This document shows positions 1 through 13,584 of a stretch of 64,000 nucleotides of DNA, in pieces. Source of the DNA: Octopus vulgaris. Lineage: Eukaryota. The translations under genes were made by a program, and so were the position numbers. Location of the stretch: assembly GCA_951406725.2 (NCBI GenBank), contig OX597833.1, positions 56,916,001 to 56,980,000 of the forward strand, read 5' to 3'. The notes beneath the pieces were generated by a model that worked only from the letters and a program-made list of their open reading frames with translations, had not been told where the DNA came from and searched no databases. Every line of letters begins with the position of its first letter. Position 1 is the stretch's first letter.

Positions 1-383
1 TGCTATATACTGTCAATAACAGTAGAATTCCTCAAAATTTCTTACAGCTACATTGATCTTTAGCATCAATACTGATTGTATCAACTCAATAACAGAGCAT
101 ATCTAGTCTTTTGCATAACAAAATATATCTAATATCTTAGTCTGTATCATAATTGTATGATCTGAAAGAATTCACAACCTACAATAAAGATATTGGTTTA
201 CTAACATTTTGACTAAAAATCCTCCGCATTCATTTACTCATATTTGTGCCAACATTCTATTGGGAAACTATTCTTTTCCTGAGCAATGCTACAACTAGCT
301 GTATCTGGATTATGTATGTAGGTCAGCCATGTTCACTCATAATTCCCTGCTTCCAAGTTTCAGACTTGTACAGATATTGGATT

Positions 384-477
384 CTATAAAAATCTGCCTA
401 TTTGCATATAAGAACTCCCAGGAGGAACCCACTGCTGAATTCCACCATTAGTACTTGAAGAGCAGAACACTGAACAT
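384..477 (-). CDS. Candidate exon, possibly WD40-like C-terminal segment
   Basis: Acceptor atatttacag| followed by xCSVFCSSSTNGGIQQWVPPGSSYMQIGRFL*, resembling the S-S-x-D/N-G-x-I-x-x-W end of a WD40 repeat. Another frame is also open. Confidence 0.2.
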
Positions 478-963
478 CTGTAAATATTTATATGGTTACC
501 GCATTCATTATAAGCTGGAATTTAAAATAAAGATATATTCATATATTGAAACCTCTTAAAATAGTTTCAATACTGATAGCGAGATTTTCTTCAAACAACA
601 AATAACCTGAATAACTTATAAAACTTATAAAGATGAATAGGGAGTTTACTTTATTAAACTGAAAGGTTCAAAACCAAGGTCAGAAATGTTATCTAGAAAA
701 TGCTTTTTTTATACAACAACAACCTGTTGTTCAGTTTTACATTAACCACTTACTTTTACTCATAACTAAACTTTTAAAAAAGTGTAAATTCTCTTTCCTG
801 ACATCAATCTTTTCACCAGGAATTTCTCTTTTTTGCATATTTTCGAAATATAATGATTTTCTTATTTGCAATCAAGAGTGAAACGTTTCACCAATCCAAG
901 TGTTACTAATGGTTTGTAATTTTCTATAAAATAAATTAACATCCTTTTCTGCTTGACTGCAAT

Positions 964-1094
964 ATTTGATATTATTCTGATGTCTTCATATCTGAACTTG
1001 CAACTTGGAGTTATGGTTTAGCTTGACTGTATCAAGATAAATCATAACTCCAAGTTGCAAGTTCAAATATGAAGACATCAGAATTATACCAAAT
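964..1094. repeat. Near-perfect 63-bp inverted repeat (hairpin) with a 5-nt loop
   Basis: 964-1026 versus the reverse complement of 1032-1094: 5 mismatches in 63 bp; loop CTGTA. Confidence 0.95.
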
Positions 1095-1225
1095 TTATTC
1101 AGTACACTAAAGATTAACTTGCAATTTTCATATTTCCAATTTTTTAAATAGATGTTTTGCATTTTCCATGTTCGCATAGATGAATCTACAACTCTAGAGT
1201 TTATACAAATTATTGGAGCAAATAT

Positions 1226-1454
1226 TTAACCCTTTTGTTACTGTATTTATTTTGAGATGCTCTGTGTTTCTTTCAATTACTTTCAATATAACAAAGAATT
1301 TAGTAAAATAACTAAGTTATCATTAAGCTAGTGTTAGGAACATAAATTGTGACCAAGGTTTGGTGGAAGATTTTAATTCAGAACTTATGAAAACAAGACA
1401 TTTGTACTACAAAGCCAGAGCCGGTTTCAGCCAGGTTGGTAATGAAAGGGTTAA
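1226..1454. mobile_element. piggyBac-type MITE (family 1)
   Basis: TTAA|CCCTTT...AAAGGG|TTAA termini. Further copies at ~2845-3052, 16001-16208, 17083-17311 and 31036-31742. Confidence 0.85.
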
Positions 1455-3651
1455 ATAAACTTTTTAATACAAACCACTTTAACTATGGATTAGGTATAGT
1501 GTTCATTTTCTGCTAGGATGATAAAAAGCAAGTAAAATATCTTTAGCTCACCAAAAAAATCTTTATTGGCATTACAGCAGGGGTTTTTTCCATTCAAGCT
1601 ACACTATTACTCCTATGTACTTTAATAATCTTCATCCTTTACAACTTTAATACTATATAATACTCATTATTTGGAAGTTTTAATTCAGTCTGAAATTCAT
1701 TTATATCTCAATCACTGAAACAAGACCATGGTATAAATAATTTTATCAATGGATAGGCCAATAAAAAAACAAATACAATACAGATAGCAGTGAACTGGAT
1801 TATTTATGATTCATAATGATAGCTGCATGGGCTGAAACAATATGAGTTAAATGACTTAATTAGAGACAAAGTCTAGAGCCAATGACAGAATTCAAATCAC
1901 CTGCCCTTTGGTCAATAGTTTAACACCATACCACTTCAATTAGCTGCAAGTAAACTGAAGAATATTATCATCATCAACATCTTCATTTTTACAACTGCTT
2001 TCCATGCTGGCACAAGCTCAATGGTTAGGCAGGATCCAACAGTTTGGAGGGTCATGTCTTGCTTCAGTGTCTCTGTCTTGATAAAGTCTTTCTATAACTA
2101 GATACCCTTTAAAATGCCAACAACTTTACAGAGTGTACTGAGGGTTTTTTCATGGCACCAGTGTTAGTGAGGTTGCCTTGTAACCCACAAGACAAGAGTG
2201 TCCTTTTGTCTGAGAGAGAGAATAGAAGATCGCGTAGTTGTTTTATGTAAGGTGTTGATAGGTTAATGTACGATGGGAGGATTATGGGTAAATTTGTTAT
2301 TGAAAAGATTCATGGTTACTGTGCATTTTACATGGGTAGGGGTGGCTGGAGTGGTGTCACAAAATGAGATATATGCAGTGGTGACAAGGTGCCAGAACAT
2401 ACCCTCAAGCATGTCCAAGAAGGTGAACAGAAGAGAATCATCGGGGGGGGGGGGAATAAGATTGCAAGGGGAGAATGAAAAATGGATGTAAACAAGGGGT
2501 GGAGGTGGTTAGATGTATAAGAGGTGAATATAGTGAATGGTAAGTAGGAGTGAGGGTGATTGATAGTAAATATAGGAGTGAGGGTGATTGATAGTAAATA
2601 TTAGTGTATGAGGCAATGATTAGAAAGATAGATGGATGTTAATTAGGAGTAGCTCAGAAGAGAGTGAGTAGTGAGCAACAGTGCAGAAATGGTAATATAA
2701 AATGGTTTGTAGTAACAGATTCTAATTTCATTACTTACAGCAGCAGAATAATACAGTAGATAGGAGAATGACGGAGAGATGTGGCAGAGAGATGAACATG
2801 GTATTTTTAAATATATGATACTATATAATTTAATCTTTTTAATACCAACCCACTTGAGATCACTAGTTCTATGATGCAAATTCCTGTTTTCAAGTAATCT
2901 AAATTACTTTCCAACAAAATTTCATGTTAATCTATATTCCAAACACCAGCTTAATAACAACAAAGTTACTTTGATAAATTCTTTATTATCTTCAAAATAA
3001 ATTGAAACAAAAACAGTGTATTTCAAGAGAAATATAGCGACAAAAGTGTTAAAAAATTCTAATGTTCATAAAAATTAGAATCCCTTTCTGTAATGTAATT
3101 TTCTTTCACAAAACAGAGAGAGAAAAATTGTCTTTACATACCTATATTTTAAAGTTGTCTACTTAAATTTTTGAAGCACCTAATTTTTAAAAGCAATTTC
3201 TAGCTTTATATTTCATTTTGAAATTTTCTAAATGATAAAATGATTTCTTTCACTTAATGTATGACAACCCTTTGGAGAAAAGAAAAAAGAAAAAAAATTC
3301 ACTTCTATTTATCAAAGCAATATCTGAAAGTTATATTTTCTATCGCAAAATACCAAATAATATAGCACATTCTCTCAAGACCTAAAAACTATCAGATTTT
3401 AATCTCTGTTTTACTTTATAACCTCGTATAAAAGGTGTGTAACATATTTATTATGTTGCTATGATATTTAAAACAGATGTTACTATATCTGAGCCATAAA
3501 ATATTGTTGTTGTTATATTCTATCGTGAGCAGATATGTTGTCAAACCACTCCAAAAGAATTGGATTATAACCAAGTTTTATTAATTTAATATCTTTTCTT
3601 TATTTGCATTATTTTCCAAACAGAGGACTTTGGAACATATGTCTATCCTAC

Positions 3652-3968
3652 TTTAGTTAGTTAGTTAGTTAGTTAGTTAATTTGGCTCAAAAGCAAATAG
3701 CAAGGCCATGTAGGGGGACATGGAGTTAAGTACAGGGTGGTGTTCATGTAAAGAGTTCAAGCCACTTGAGGTCAAGGGAGGCTTTGAACAAAGTGGTCAT
3801 CAGCATCTTCACCATCTCGTCTGGCAGCTTGTTCCACGGATCCGCAACCCGGACGGAGAAAGCTCCTCTCCTTCGATTGAGATGAAATCGTCGCAGGTAG
3901 AGCTTTTCGGAATGACCCCGCAGCCGACGCTCTGGAGCAGGAGTGAAGAACAGCTCTTTCGAGAGGTT
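3652..3968 (-). mobile_element. 5'-truncated CR1/L2-clade LINE 3' end
   Basis: Encodes RLRGHSEKL...RRGAFSVRVADPWNKLP, a typical CR1 ORF2 C-terminus. Has a (TAAC)n tail and a flanking duplication ACTTTGGAACATAT..GTCTATCCTA (3627-3650 / 3969-3996). Confidence 0.85.
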
Positions 3969-4548
3969 ACTTTGGAACATATGAATGTCTATCCTAATAC
4001 CTAGGATAGACAAAAGGTCTGTCTTTTGGATATTTTACTATTCTGAGAAAATTTTTTCTTGTAGTTACATTTTTTTTTTTTTTTTTTTTTTCAGTAGGAA
4101 GTAGCACTGAATATAATAATGCCTCCTTCTCCAATAATAAAACAATGTTTGAATACATGAAAACAAATTTGAAAAAAGAGAGAACAGAATTCCAAACAAG
4201 ATAAACAGGAAAAGCTGACAATGAAGTAAACAGATACACTCGATAACAGAGGCATCCACAACTTGACACCTGGAAATGTAAATTTACATGACATAAGCAA
4301 AAAAAACCAACAACAACAATGCACACTTACACAATATTAATAAAAGTTCTAACAAAAATTCCTTTGCTAGTATTACAAACCAGAGGCTGAGTCCAGTCGA
4401 AGAAAGAGCCATGGCAGCAGCATGTCAAAAAACAACGTGCATTCCTGCCTAAGGAATTTTCCCCAAACACAAGGAAAAAGGTAAGTAATACTTGCAAAAG
4501 TAGAGAGATTTGACAAAGCGGGCATTACTAATATCATTATTGTTGTTG

Positions 4549-4770
4549 AGGCAGTAACCAGACAAAACTGTTAGCACGCTGGGTAAGGGCAAAATGCTTA
4601 GGGGTATTTCATATCTTTACAATCTGAGTTCAAATTCCACTGAGATCCACTTTACCTTTCATCCTTTCAGGGTCAATAAAATAAGTACCAGTTGAGAACT
4701 GGAGTCAATGTAATCAACTTAACCCCTCCCCTGAAATTTCTAACCTTGAGCCAAAATTTGAAACTAATAT
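4549..4770 (+). mobile_element. Decayed Nin-domain tRNA-SINE
   Basis: GAGTTCAAATTCC B-box plus CCTTTCATCCTTTC..GGGTC.ATAAAATAAGTACC core. Similar decayed copies at ~9330-9520, 17776-17936, 33000-33100, 43944-44110, 49100-49310 and 61790-61935. Confidence 0.7.
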
Positions 4771-6574
4771 TATTATTGTTGTTGTTGTTGCTGTCCTTTC
4801 TCACTATGATTAGCTACATTTTCACAGAGATCTGTGTAGAAGATACTTTCTTCTAGTGTTACCATTATGAAAAAGAAGTTCTTTCAGTTTGTTATTTTTA
4901 CTAATAAGAAATTACCTGGAGTAGAGGCATGTCTTTGGTAAGTTTTGAAAGTATTACATGTTTTGACATTTGCAAAATTTACATCTTAGAAGTGTCAGAG
5001 CAAGGTGCATGACAGCTCTACCATAAACAAACATATTCCCAAACTATTAACCAAACTTACAGAAAACATAGAGCCTTACATATGCAGGACATAAAAATAA
5101 ACAGTTTTGGAAAGAAAAACAGATTTAATGAAAAAGAAAGTGCAAAAAAAAAACAGATGAATAATGACAGCAATACTCCATCGTTTGTAGGGAAAACACT
5201 GAGGTGATTCCACTCAAAGGAAAGTACCTTTCTACTTCAAAATATGAAGCGAGCTTCCTCATGCACTCTAAGGAAGAGTTGGAGGAAATTCTGGCCAATA
5301 TGTAGCAGAATATTTATTCCAATGATTGAGGCAGGGTATATGGAAGTGAGTATCAAGTTTTGAAGGCAAGAACAAAGCAAGGACAAAGCTTTAAAACAAT
5401 TTTCTTTTTCTAGATGACATATGAAGACATTATGAGTAAGAATATCAACTGTTTCAAATAAAATGTCTATTAAAATCTTATTCCTTAATTTAAAATTCAA
5501 ATTTCTAATCCTGCCAAATATTATGAAGAAATGATCTCTCTTGTAATAACTGTCCACTAGGGGGACAACACAGGTTTGAAAAACTATGACTGTAAATTTG
5601 AAACAATCCAATCAAATTGTTGAGGAACCTCAAGGTGTTATTTTTATAAAGATATGCCTCTTCCACTAAATATTGAGGAATTACTACTGTGAAATAGCAG
5701 CTTGAAATCAATATCTACATCTCAAAGAATATATAAGAGATGGCTTGTGAATTTTGTGTGTAGTTAGAACTAAAATATTTACTAAGTGTCACCTGTATAA
5801 CACTAAGAATTTTCTTAATCTTTTCTTTTAATTACTAAACTACCAATTCTCTATGAAGAAAAAGAAAAAAGAAAAACACACATTCCAAAAATTTCTTGCA
5901 AACCATAATTATTTTCTATCTATAAGAAATATCTTATAAAATGCTTAATTAATACATTGTAAATTATACCATGCTGACAATTTCTAAAAAGAATGAAATG
6001 CATGATTATCACTGACTACAAATTTTAAGAACTTCATAATATGTAAGAAAAAAATAAGAAAAATTGAATATGTGTATTCTGTGCATTTTTCTCTTACTAC
6101 TTAATTTGAAATTCAAATCTCTAATCTATCCAAATATTATGAAAAATTGATTATCTCCCTTGCAATAACTGCAAGGAAACAACACGTGTTTATGAATATC
6201 CACCAAGTGGATAGAATATAAATTTGCTTAGAAAAATCTAAAAGGTTAAATTCCTGTCATAGTAAAACAAAAAAGAAAAAAGACCCCAAATCTCATTTAT
6301 AATTTTTCTAAGGAACAAAAAAAATATGATAGCTTTTATTCTACAATGCACAATTATCTTTTTTTCAAGCAGTATTTTTTTTTCTAGTAGCATTGTTTTT
6401 AAACTAGATGTGGAAGCAACTCAAAGCTGACTGTTTGATGTTAATCATTTTGATGTTAACTAATCATTCATAACACCGGTAAAACAAGATAAAACGAATT
6501 GAAAAAACTTTGAAATAATGTTTGAAGGAAAGTTTTCCTGTTCTGTAAAGTGAATTTTGGATGTATTCTAATCA

Positions 6575-6662
6575 TATAATAATAATAATAATAATGATAA
6601 TAATAATAACAATGATAATAATAATAATGATAATAATGATAATGATGAAGATGATAATAATA

Positions 6663-6694
<32 letters not shown>

Positions 6695-6697
6695 GAT
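6575..6697. repeat. (TAA)n/(TGA)n microsatellite
   Basis: Direct inspection. Confidence 0.95.
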
Positions 6698-6703
6698 ACA
6701 AAA

Positions 6704-7147
6704 ACTGTTGACAATGCATAGAATGCACTGCCCTAAGGCAGATATAGAATGACTTTATTTGCCAAGAAAAGAGGGAGGCTGTGGACTTTTACAACTGGCA
6801 TTAACAATGAAGATTGTCACAATTGGCCTAGACACCCACCTGAAAAACTCTGAGAACTGGATGTTAAAACTTGTCTCAAAACATGAAAACAAGAAAGCAT
6901 TATCATACTCAGTAACAAAACAGGCAAAGGAATATCTAAGTGAATTCCAAATACAACAAATTCCAGAATTAGACATACTAGAAACAAGTGCAGAAAAAGC
7001 TAAGCGCATGAAAACCCGTGCTACACTGCTGCCTTAGATATTTTTACTGATAAATGGCAAGGAATCCCTCTCAATGGCAAATACCCAAAGAGAGCGAATA
7101 ATGTAGATGTTGACAAAGCCCTTACCCACCAATGGCTAATGGCTTCC
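6704..7147 (+). mobile_element. R4/Dong-like non-LTR retrotransposon fragment (post-RT region)
   Basis: LTMHRMHCPKADIE*LYLPRKEGGCGLLQL...WQGIPLNGKY...THQWL. The HPKADxxRLYLPRxxGGRGL motif is typical of R4-clade ORFs; contains stops. Confidence 0.75.
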
Positions 7148-7167
7148 ACTTTATGGATGGTGTTGTC

Positions 7168-7520
7168 ATCATTGATGGAATGTGGTCATCCAGGAATAGG
7201 AGCAGTTTCTACTGATATCCGGCCACATTTGAACTGGCAATGCCAGTGCTACACTATGTCATATGATGGCACATCGTGACCATAAACTTCTTTCATCTCA
7301 TCGGAAGTCTCTTTTGGTGTACAACTTTTCAAGTATAAGAACCTGATCACTGATCTGCATTCAACTGCCTCCTTTATAACACCTTAGTCCACTTCAGCAG
7401 CCGTAAAAGACAAACAATTACTAGTGGAAAGCTGCAATTTACAATGTGACATGTAGAGACATATATGATTATACCTGCACAAGTTCTGTTTCCTACAATA
7501 ACCGGAAGTGGGTTGGGAAA
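7168..7520 (-). mobile_element. Mariner transposase N-terminal (HTH) relic
   Basis: Minus frame ECRSVIRFLYLKSCTPKETSDEMKEVYGHDVPSYDIV*HWHCQFKCGRISVETAPIPG* matches the mariner RxVIxF...W...F..G...RxGRP pattern. Confidence 0.8.
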
Positions 7521-8329
7521 TCTTTAATGAACACCTGTCATGCATAAGCTCCCTCTTTAGCTATTAACTTATATATGTTTGTTGCTGGTGAACATAGCTT
7601 CTAAATATTATCTATATAACCAACATTTAATGATATCACATATATCTTGGTTATATAATAGGTACACCATATCCAAGCATGTTATAAAAGGAGATTAAAA
7701 GAGTTGGAAATAGGAGGAGTATCTAGCCATACAATACTGCTTCAGAAAACCTGCCCTTGCCAGCAGGGAAAAACAGATATAAAAAGATAACAGTGGCAGT
7801 AGCAGACACTATGACAATAGTGATGATGATGATGATGATGACCTACATTTCATAGATTCAAAGTATGTTGATAATAAAATACATATTGCTAACATTTAAA
7901 TGACCACCAAGAATATTGTTGATATTTACTTTCGTAAAGAGAAACAAATTAATTATTCTGATATATTGAATCAAGATAAAACAAGCACTGTGAAGTTGGT
8001 GACATAGTTCTGCCATTTAATATTCATGCTCCATGAACTATAAACAACAGCCAATCCTGGAGTGGCAACTAGATACTGCTTCATTGTAGGACATTTCGAC
8101 TTCTCTATATTCCACTCTCAATGTCACCCAGCTCACTCACTGAACAGCAGTGTGCAGGTAAGAATGCTTCACCAGCACATATACAAGGTGATGTGACATT
8201 TAGTTAACAACTTCAAAAATGCAATAAGATCACTTTGATCTGACAATCAACATTCAGAAAACCAGCTTGCATAACCTGCATCAACAAGACTTTCATATTT
8301 CAATATCATATGAAGACCCTTGTAAAACA

Positions 8330-8600
8330 GGTAGGACATTTCCCCTGGAAATCTCTTCTCAATCCAATGCATCTTCCAGATGGATATGGAAAGTAGAATT
8401 CATGTTGCTTTCAGAAGATTATCTCAGCACATCTTCAGAAACATAAGCTTACAACAAACCCAAATTTCAAACTTTGGGTGTATCAAGCTATCAACCATTT
8501 CAACCTTACACTACAGATTAAAAAGATGGACCCTGTATTGTCAAAGCATCAAGAAATTTAGGTGCTTTCAACAGCAGAATCTTCGATCAATCACAGGAAA
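8330..8600 (+). mobile_element. Decayed RTE-clade LINE fragment
   Basis: SRIHVAFRRLSQHIFRN...ISTLHY...WTLY...FQQQNLRSI resembles the RTE post-RT region. Confidence 0.6.
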
Positions 8601-9870
8601 AGTACAGATGATGAAAAAGTCAACCCTAATACTTGCATTTATTACCAGAAAGATGAAAGGCAAAGTTAAACTCCAGTGGGATTTTAAATTCATACTATAA
8701 AAAGATATAACTGAAATTTCTGCCAATAATGAATGAAAAAATTTTAATAAATTATTATATAACGTCATTTCTTAAATACACGGATAAACATTTTTCATAA
8801 AAAAAAGTATTAGTATTTACATCATCATTTCTCATCACAATTCCCATCTTGTATTGATTGAAAAATCTATAACATTACTCATTTGTTCAAAGTGTCTTTA
8901 ACTCTATGAGATCATACATAATTATTCAAAAACAACCTTTCTGTAACCCATCCCTTTGTATCGCAGAGCTGTATGTTTTGCTGATATCATCTATTACTGT
9001 TGTATAAACCAATCATGTTGTTTCTTTGGCATGAGAACACCATTCACATCCTTTTAACTTTTAACTTGTGCAATTTGTTCAAAGTAATCTTATAAGCATT
9101 ACAAAGCAATTATATTTTTTAATTATTAGCAGTACCAATAGAAATTCCATGGCTCATTTTGTGTGTCAGCCATAAGCATCTCCGGTTGGTAATAATATCC
9201 TAGCATTTCTTTCATAATGCATCAGCAAATTTCTTGCTGCTTACTTGAAAAGTACTGCATTGATTTAGTAAGTAAGTATACTACAGTTTGATAATAATTT
9301 AGATAAATTCAAACTGTAATACTAATGATAAGTAAGGTAAAATCATTAGCATACCAAGCAAAATTCTTAGTAGCATTTTATCTCTCTTTACATTCTGAGT
9401 TCAAATTCTGCTGAGGTCAACTTTGCCTTTTATCCTTTCAAGGTCAATGAAATAAGTACTAGTTGAGTATTGAGGTACTACCTCCCCTGAAACTGCTGGC
9501 CTTGTACCAAAATTTGAAATCAATATTTATGATATTCTTTATTAACAAGGAAAAGGTTTCTATTTGACACTGTACCTTTTTAATACTTTTCATTTTTATA
9601 CACTATGAGTTAAAATATATAAGGAAATACTTGAACATTAATTAGACAATAAGTTAAATGCATATAACTAAATTAGGGGCCGATTAAGAAAACCAAATCT
9701 ACAATTAATAAGCAAAATTTTTTAAAAAACTGTTTGGAGTTGATGTTTTATTTTATCAAAATTTTACTTAGTAAGATAACTATTTGGGTATTTGGGTAGT
9801 CAACCTAGCTCTCTTTAATAAATCATATGATAATCTAAAGGTTACATGCAAACAGAAATCACTAAGTTTA

Positions 9871-10140
9871 TTGGTCTCTTTTGTTGAACCGCTATGTTAC
9901 AGAGATGCAAATAAACTAACACTGGATGTCAGCTGGTAGTAGTGGGGAATAAACACAAGATACACACATATATACATAAACAGTGGGCTTCCATACAGTT
10001 TCTATCAATCAAATTCATTCACAATGCATTGCTCAACTTGGAGCTATAGTACAAGATACTTGCCCAAGGTGTGACAGAGTGGGACTGAAACCAAAACCAT
10101 GTGATTGCAAAGTGAGCTTCTTAACCACACAGCCACGCCT
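9871..10140 (-). mobile_element. Decayed CORE-type tRNA-SINE (family A)
   Basis: Reverse-complement similarity to the 13159-13584 copy. Confidence 0.7.
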
Positions 10141-10299
10141 AGTAACTACATATCTAGAGGAACATTTTCCTTTTGTTTTAAATTTTGTGTAATATTGGAT
10201 GAAACATTTCTCATGGTTATGTAACAGAACAGAAGAGGATGAACATTAGCCACAGAAGAGGATGAACATTAGCCACAACCCTACTTACACATTTTTTAA

Positions 10300-10586
10300 T
10301 TTATTACCAGCACCACCCCGACTGGCCTCCGTGCCGGTGGCATGTAAAAAGCACCATCCGATCGAGGCCATTGCCAGCCTCGTCTGGCACCTGTGCTGGT
10401 GGCACGTAAAAAGTACCCACTACACTCACGGAGTGGTTGGCATTTAGGAAGGGCATCCAGCTGTAGAAACACTGCCAGATCAGACTGGGCCTGGTGCAGC
10501 CTCCTGGCTTCCCAGACCCCAGTTGAACCGTCCAACCCATGCTAGCATGGGAAACGGACGTTAAACAATGATGATGATGATGATGA
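10300..10586 (+). mobile_element. SINE-like element with (GAT)n tail (family C)
   Basis: Internal repeats GTGCCGGTGGCACGTAAAAAGCACC, then AGGAAGGGCATCCAGCTGTAGAAAC ... CCAACCCATGCTAGCATGG and (GAT)n. Copies at 15398-15873(-) and 24134-24413(+), with partials at 23655-23725 and 60000-60097. Confidence 0.8.
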
Positions 10587-13158
10587 TTCTGTTCTAATTT
10601 TGTGGCAAGATTAACATCTTAGGGTTTTAATAATTTTTATTCCAAGTTTATCTGAAGCTGTAGTTCATTTGTCATTTAATCACCTACTAAAATTACATGA
10701 TTACCCAAAATTAACCACCTGTTTTGTGAGATTCCTGATATACATTGTCTGTATATCAGCCAGTAAATTACAAAGTCAGTTTCATATATTATGATCAGTG
10801 ATGCAATGTCTCTCGGCAAACATAATTCTCAATAAATATCATGAGGATGCACAATCCGCTCGTGTAAAGAGTAAAGGAACTGTGGAAGTGATGTCTTTCT
10901 TTAGTTTGAAGTGATTTCTTCCATGGAAGAGCAATAAGATTGGCATTCCTATTCAGAAAGGGAAATATATTCCAACAACTTTATGTGATGAGAGCTGGGA
11001 TAATCTTCTACTAAGAGATGCCTTTTAGAACAGGCATTGTATACGAGTCTCTGAAGTGAAAGGTTCTGCTCAAATTAGATCCAATCAACAGTCTCATCCC
11101 TCCATCATACCCATACCCATTCTTCTGTATCAGTATCCCAGATATTTTCTATCCTAGTTATGTGTTGATCAAATTATAAGAATTGAATGAATGAATCATT
11201 CATTCTCACTACATATCCATAAAACCTCTTGCTTCTCTCTTGATGCTTTTCATTTCCAACTTAATTAACAATGAACAATATAATAATTTGCTTTTTATTC
11301 CCATTTTATTTAATTAAATAGCTTTTCATCTAGATTAATTTATCAATGAAAGGCATTGCTATATTCTGAAGAATGATGTTTCATAGCATTGTTTAACTAC
11401 AACAATAAAATCAAGATTGAATTTCAATGTAAGCAGACCATCATGTTTTTAATAGAAAGATGACAGTATCACAGTGAAGAGCTTTTACAACAGCAGTCAG
11501 CAACATCAAGCAAACAGTCATCCCAGAACAAATAAAAGCCTTATAATCAAGGAACAATGACTCTTTTTTTCTTGAAATGTTTACACCCAGTTTAGAAAAT
11601 GTTTGGGGAGGCACAATCTTGTATGATTTTTTTTTTCTTTTCTCTTTCTCTCCCCCTTTCTTTCTTTTTTACCTTTTTAGATTAACTATTTGCAATAGTT
11701 ACAACTAAATGAAATACAATTTATCAAGGTTAGATTTTCTTTTCAGCATTTGTCAATATTTTACTAAAGTTCAACAGATATGAAGAACTTGATGGTATTA
11801 GCTCTATACGGTTTGCACACTCTCAATGATTTAATTCCAAAAGCAAAAGCATAAACAATATTGTGCATGATATAATAATGGCTTATTCTCCCCCCCCCCA
11901 TTCACAAAATATATTGGATTTTCTTCATTCTTTCCAGTTGTTTAACAATGACTTCTGTATTTACTCCAGAAAAGGTCAGCATAGAGTGATTAGAAGAACA
12001 CCCACCCATTACAATTCACACAGAACAATCATACTGAAGCCTCTTTATTCACAGAACAAAACGTATACACGGCTTAAACAAATAATGTCATAATACCTCA
12101 TTAGAAACTCATCTAATTGTTCATGTTTTGAATTCCTAATTAAATAGATTTGTATATTAATTTCTTTTGACTAGATACAAGCTAGACAATTCTCAAGGGA
12201 GAAGAAACAGTGTTGTGGTGTTATACCTTTCCCAAGGGTTTTAATAGTACAACTGGAGTGAAATTATCTTCAGCCAGAAATCAAAGCAACAATCAAGGTC
12301 TTCATTGTTATTCTACATTATGGATTTATGGATTATAAGCATATCTGATAAATGCTTATGTAATTAACAGCAACTAGTGATCCACTACAGCAACAAAGGC
12401 AATATATATAGTCTCAGCTTTTTCTCTTAGATTCAGTTGTGGCATATGAGATCAATTTAGGAACCACACACAAGCAAGTGAGACACACTTTGGTGCAATA
12501 TGATAATAATCAAGATGGTCATCGATAGTTTTTAAAGTGTTTCTTGGGCCATCCTACAAGAGAACTCCACAGAGCACCAAATACACTACATAATATTCAT
12601 CTCATGGTGACATCAAAGCTGTGATGGAAGAAATATCACACCAATGCTCATAAGCCCAGGTCTGTCAAGTACCTCCATTCTAATCTATAGAAACCATAGG
12701 GAACATGTATGGAATAGCTCAAATTGGTAGCTGTATTTTCTGCACTGAGTTGATGTTTCACATTCATAGACTAGACCAGGGATTACAATAGCTTTGTTAA
12801 CTTCTTTAATAGTTCGATGTTGTGGTCATTCTGCACTCATGTACAGAGTTATCCAACTGCTTGACTGGCTTTGATAATTTTAGTTAAAATTTCCTTTTTC
12901 TAAAATACATTAGATGATATGACACTAGCCAGATATTTGAACACAACATCTAGGTTCTGCCATGTCTTTCTAGAAAAATGCGCAGTCAACTTTTCCAGTA
13001 AATGATGTAGCATGTATATCATCATTGTTTCAGTGTCCATGCATGCATGCATGTGTCAGACAGCATTCACTGAAGCACATTTTCTGCAACCAGATTTTCA
13101 CACGACCAGACAGGTTTTTATGGAAGATTGGAAACAAACGATGCCACTTGTATGCCAC

Positions 13159-13317
13159 AGGAGCAGGGCTGTGTGATAAGTAGCTTGCTAACCAACCACA
13201 TGGTTCCGGGTTCAGTCCCACTGCGTGGCATCTTGGGCAAGTGTCTTCTGCTATAGCCTCGGGCCGACCAAAGCTTTGTGAGTGGATTTGGTAGACGGAA
13301 ACTGAAAGAAGCCTGTC

Positions 13318-13361
<44 letters not shown>

Positions 13362-13584
13362 ATATGTTTGTGTGTCTGTGTTTGTCCCTCTAGCATTGCT
13401 TGACAACCGATGCCGGTGTGTTTACATCCCCGTCACTTAGCGGTTCGGCAAAAAGAGACCGATAGAATAAGTATTGGGCTTATAAAGAATAAGTCCTGGG
13501 GTCGATTTGCTCGACTAAAGGCGGTGCTCCAGCATGGCCGCAGTCAAATGACTGAAACAAGTAAAAGAGTAAAAGAGTAAAGAG
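13159..13584 (+). mobile_element. CORE-type tRNA-derived SINE (family A, Octopus OR-like)
   Basis: tRNA-like head (A box TGGCTGTGTGGT-like, B box GGTTCAGTCCC), CORE-like CTTGGGCAAGT, internal (TA)n/(TG)n, and tail (GTAAAAGA)n. Confidence 0.88.

Noticed and set aside
7604-7661. Short hairpin TATATAACCAA/TTGGTTATATA
   Set aside because: An 11-bp AT-rich stem with a poorly paired interior; plausible by chance.
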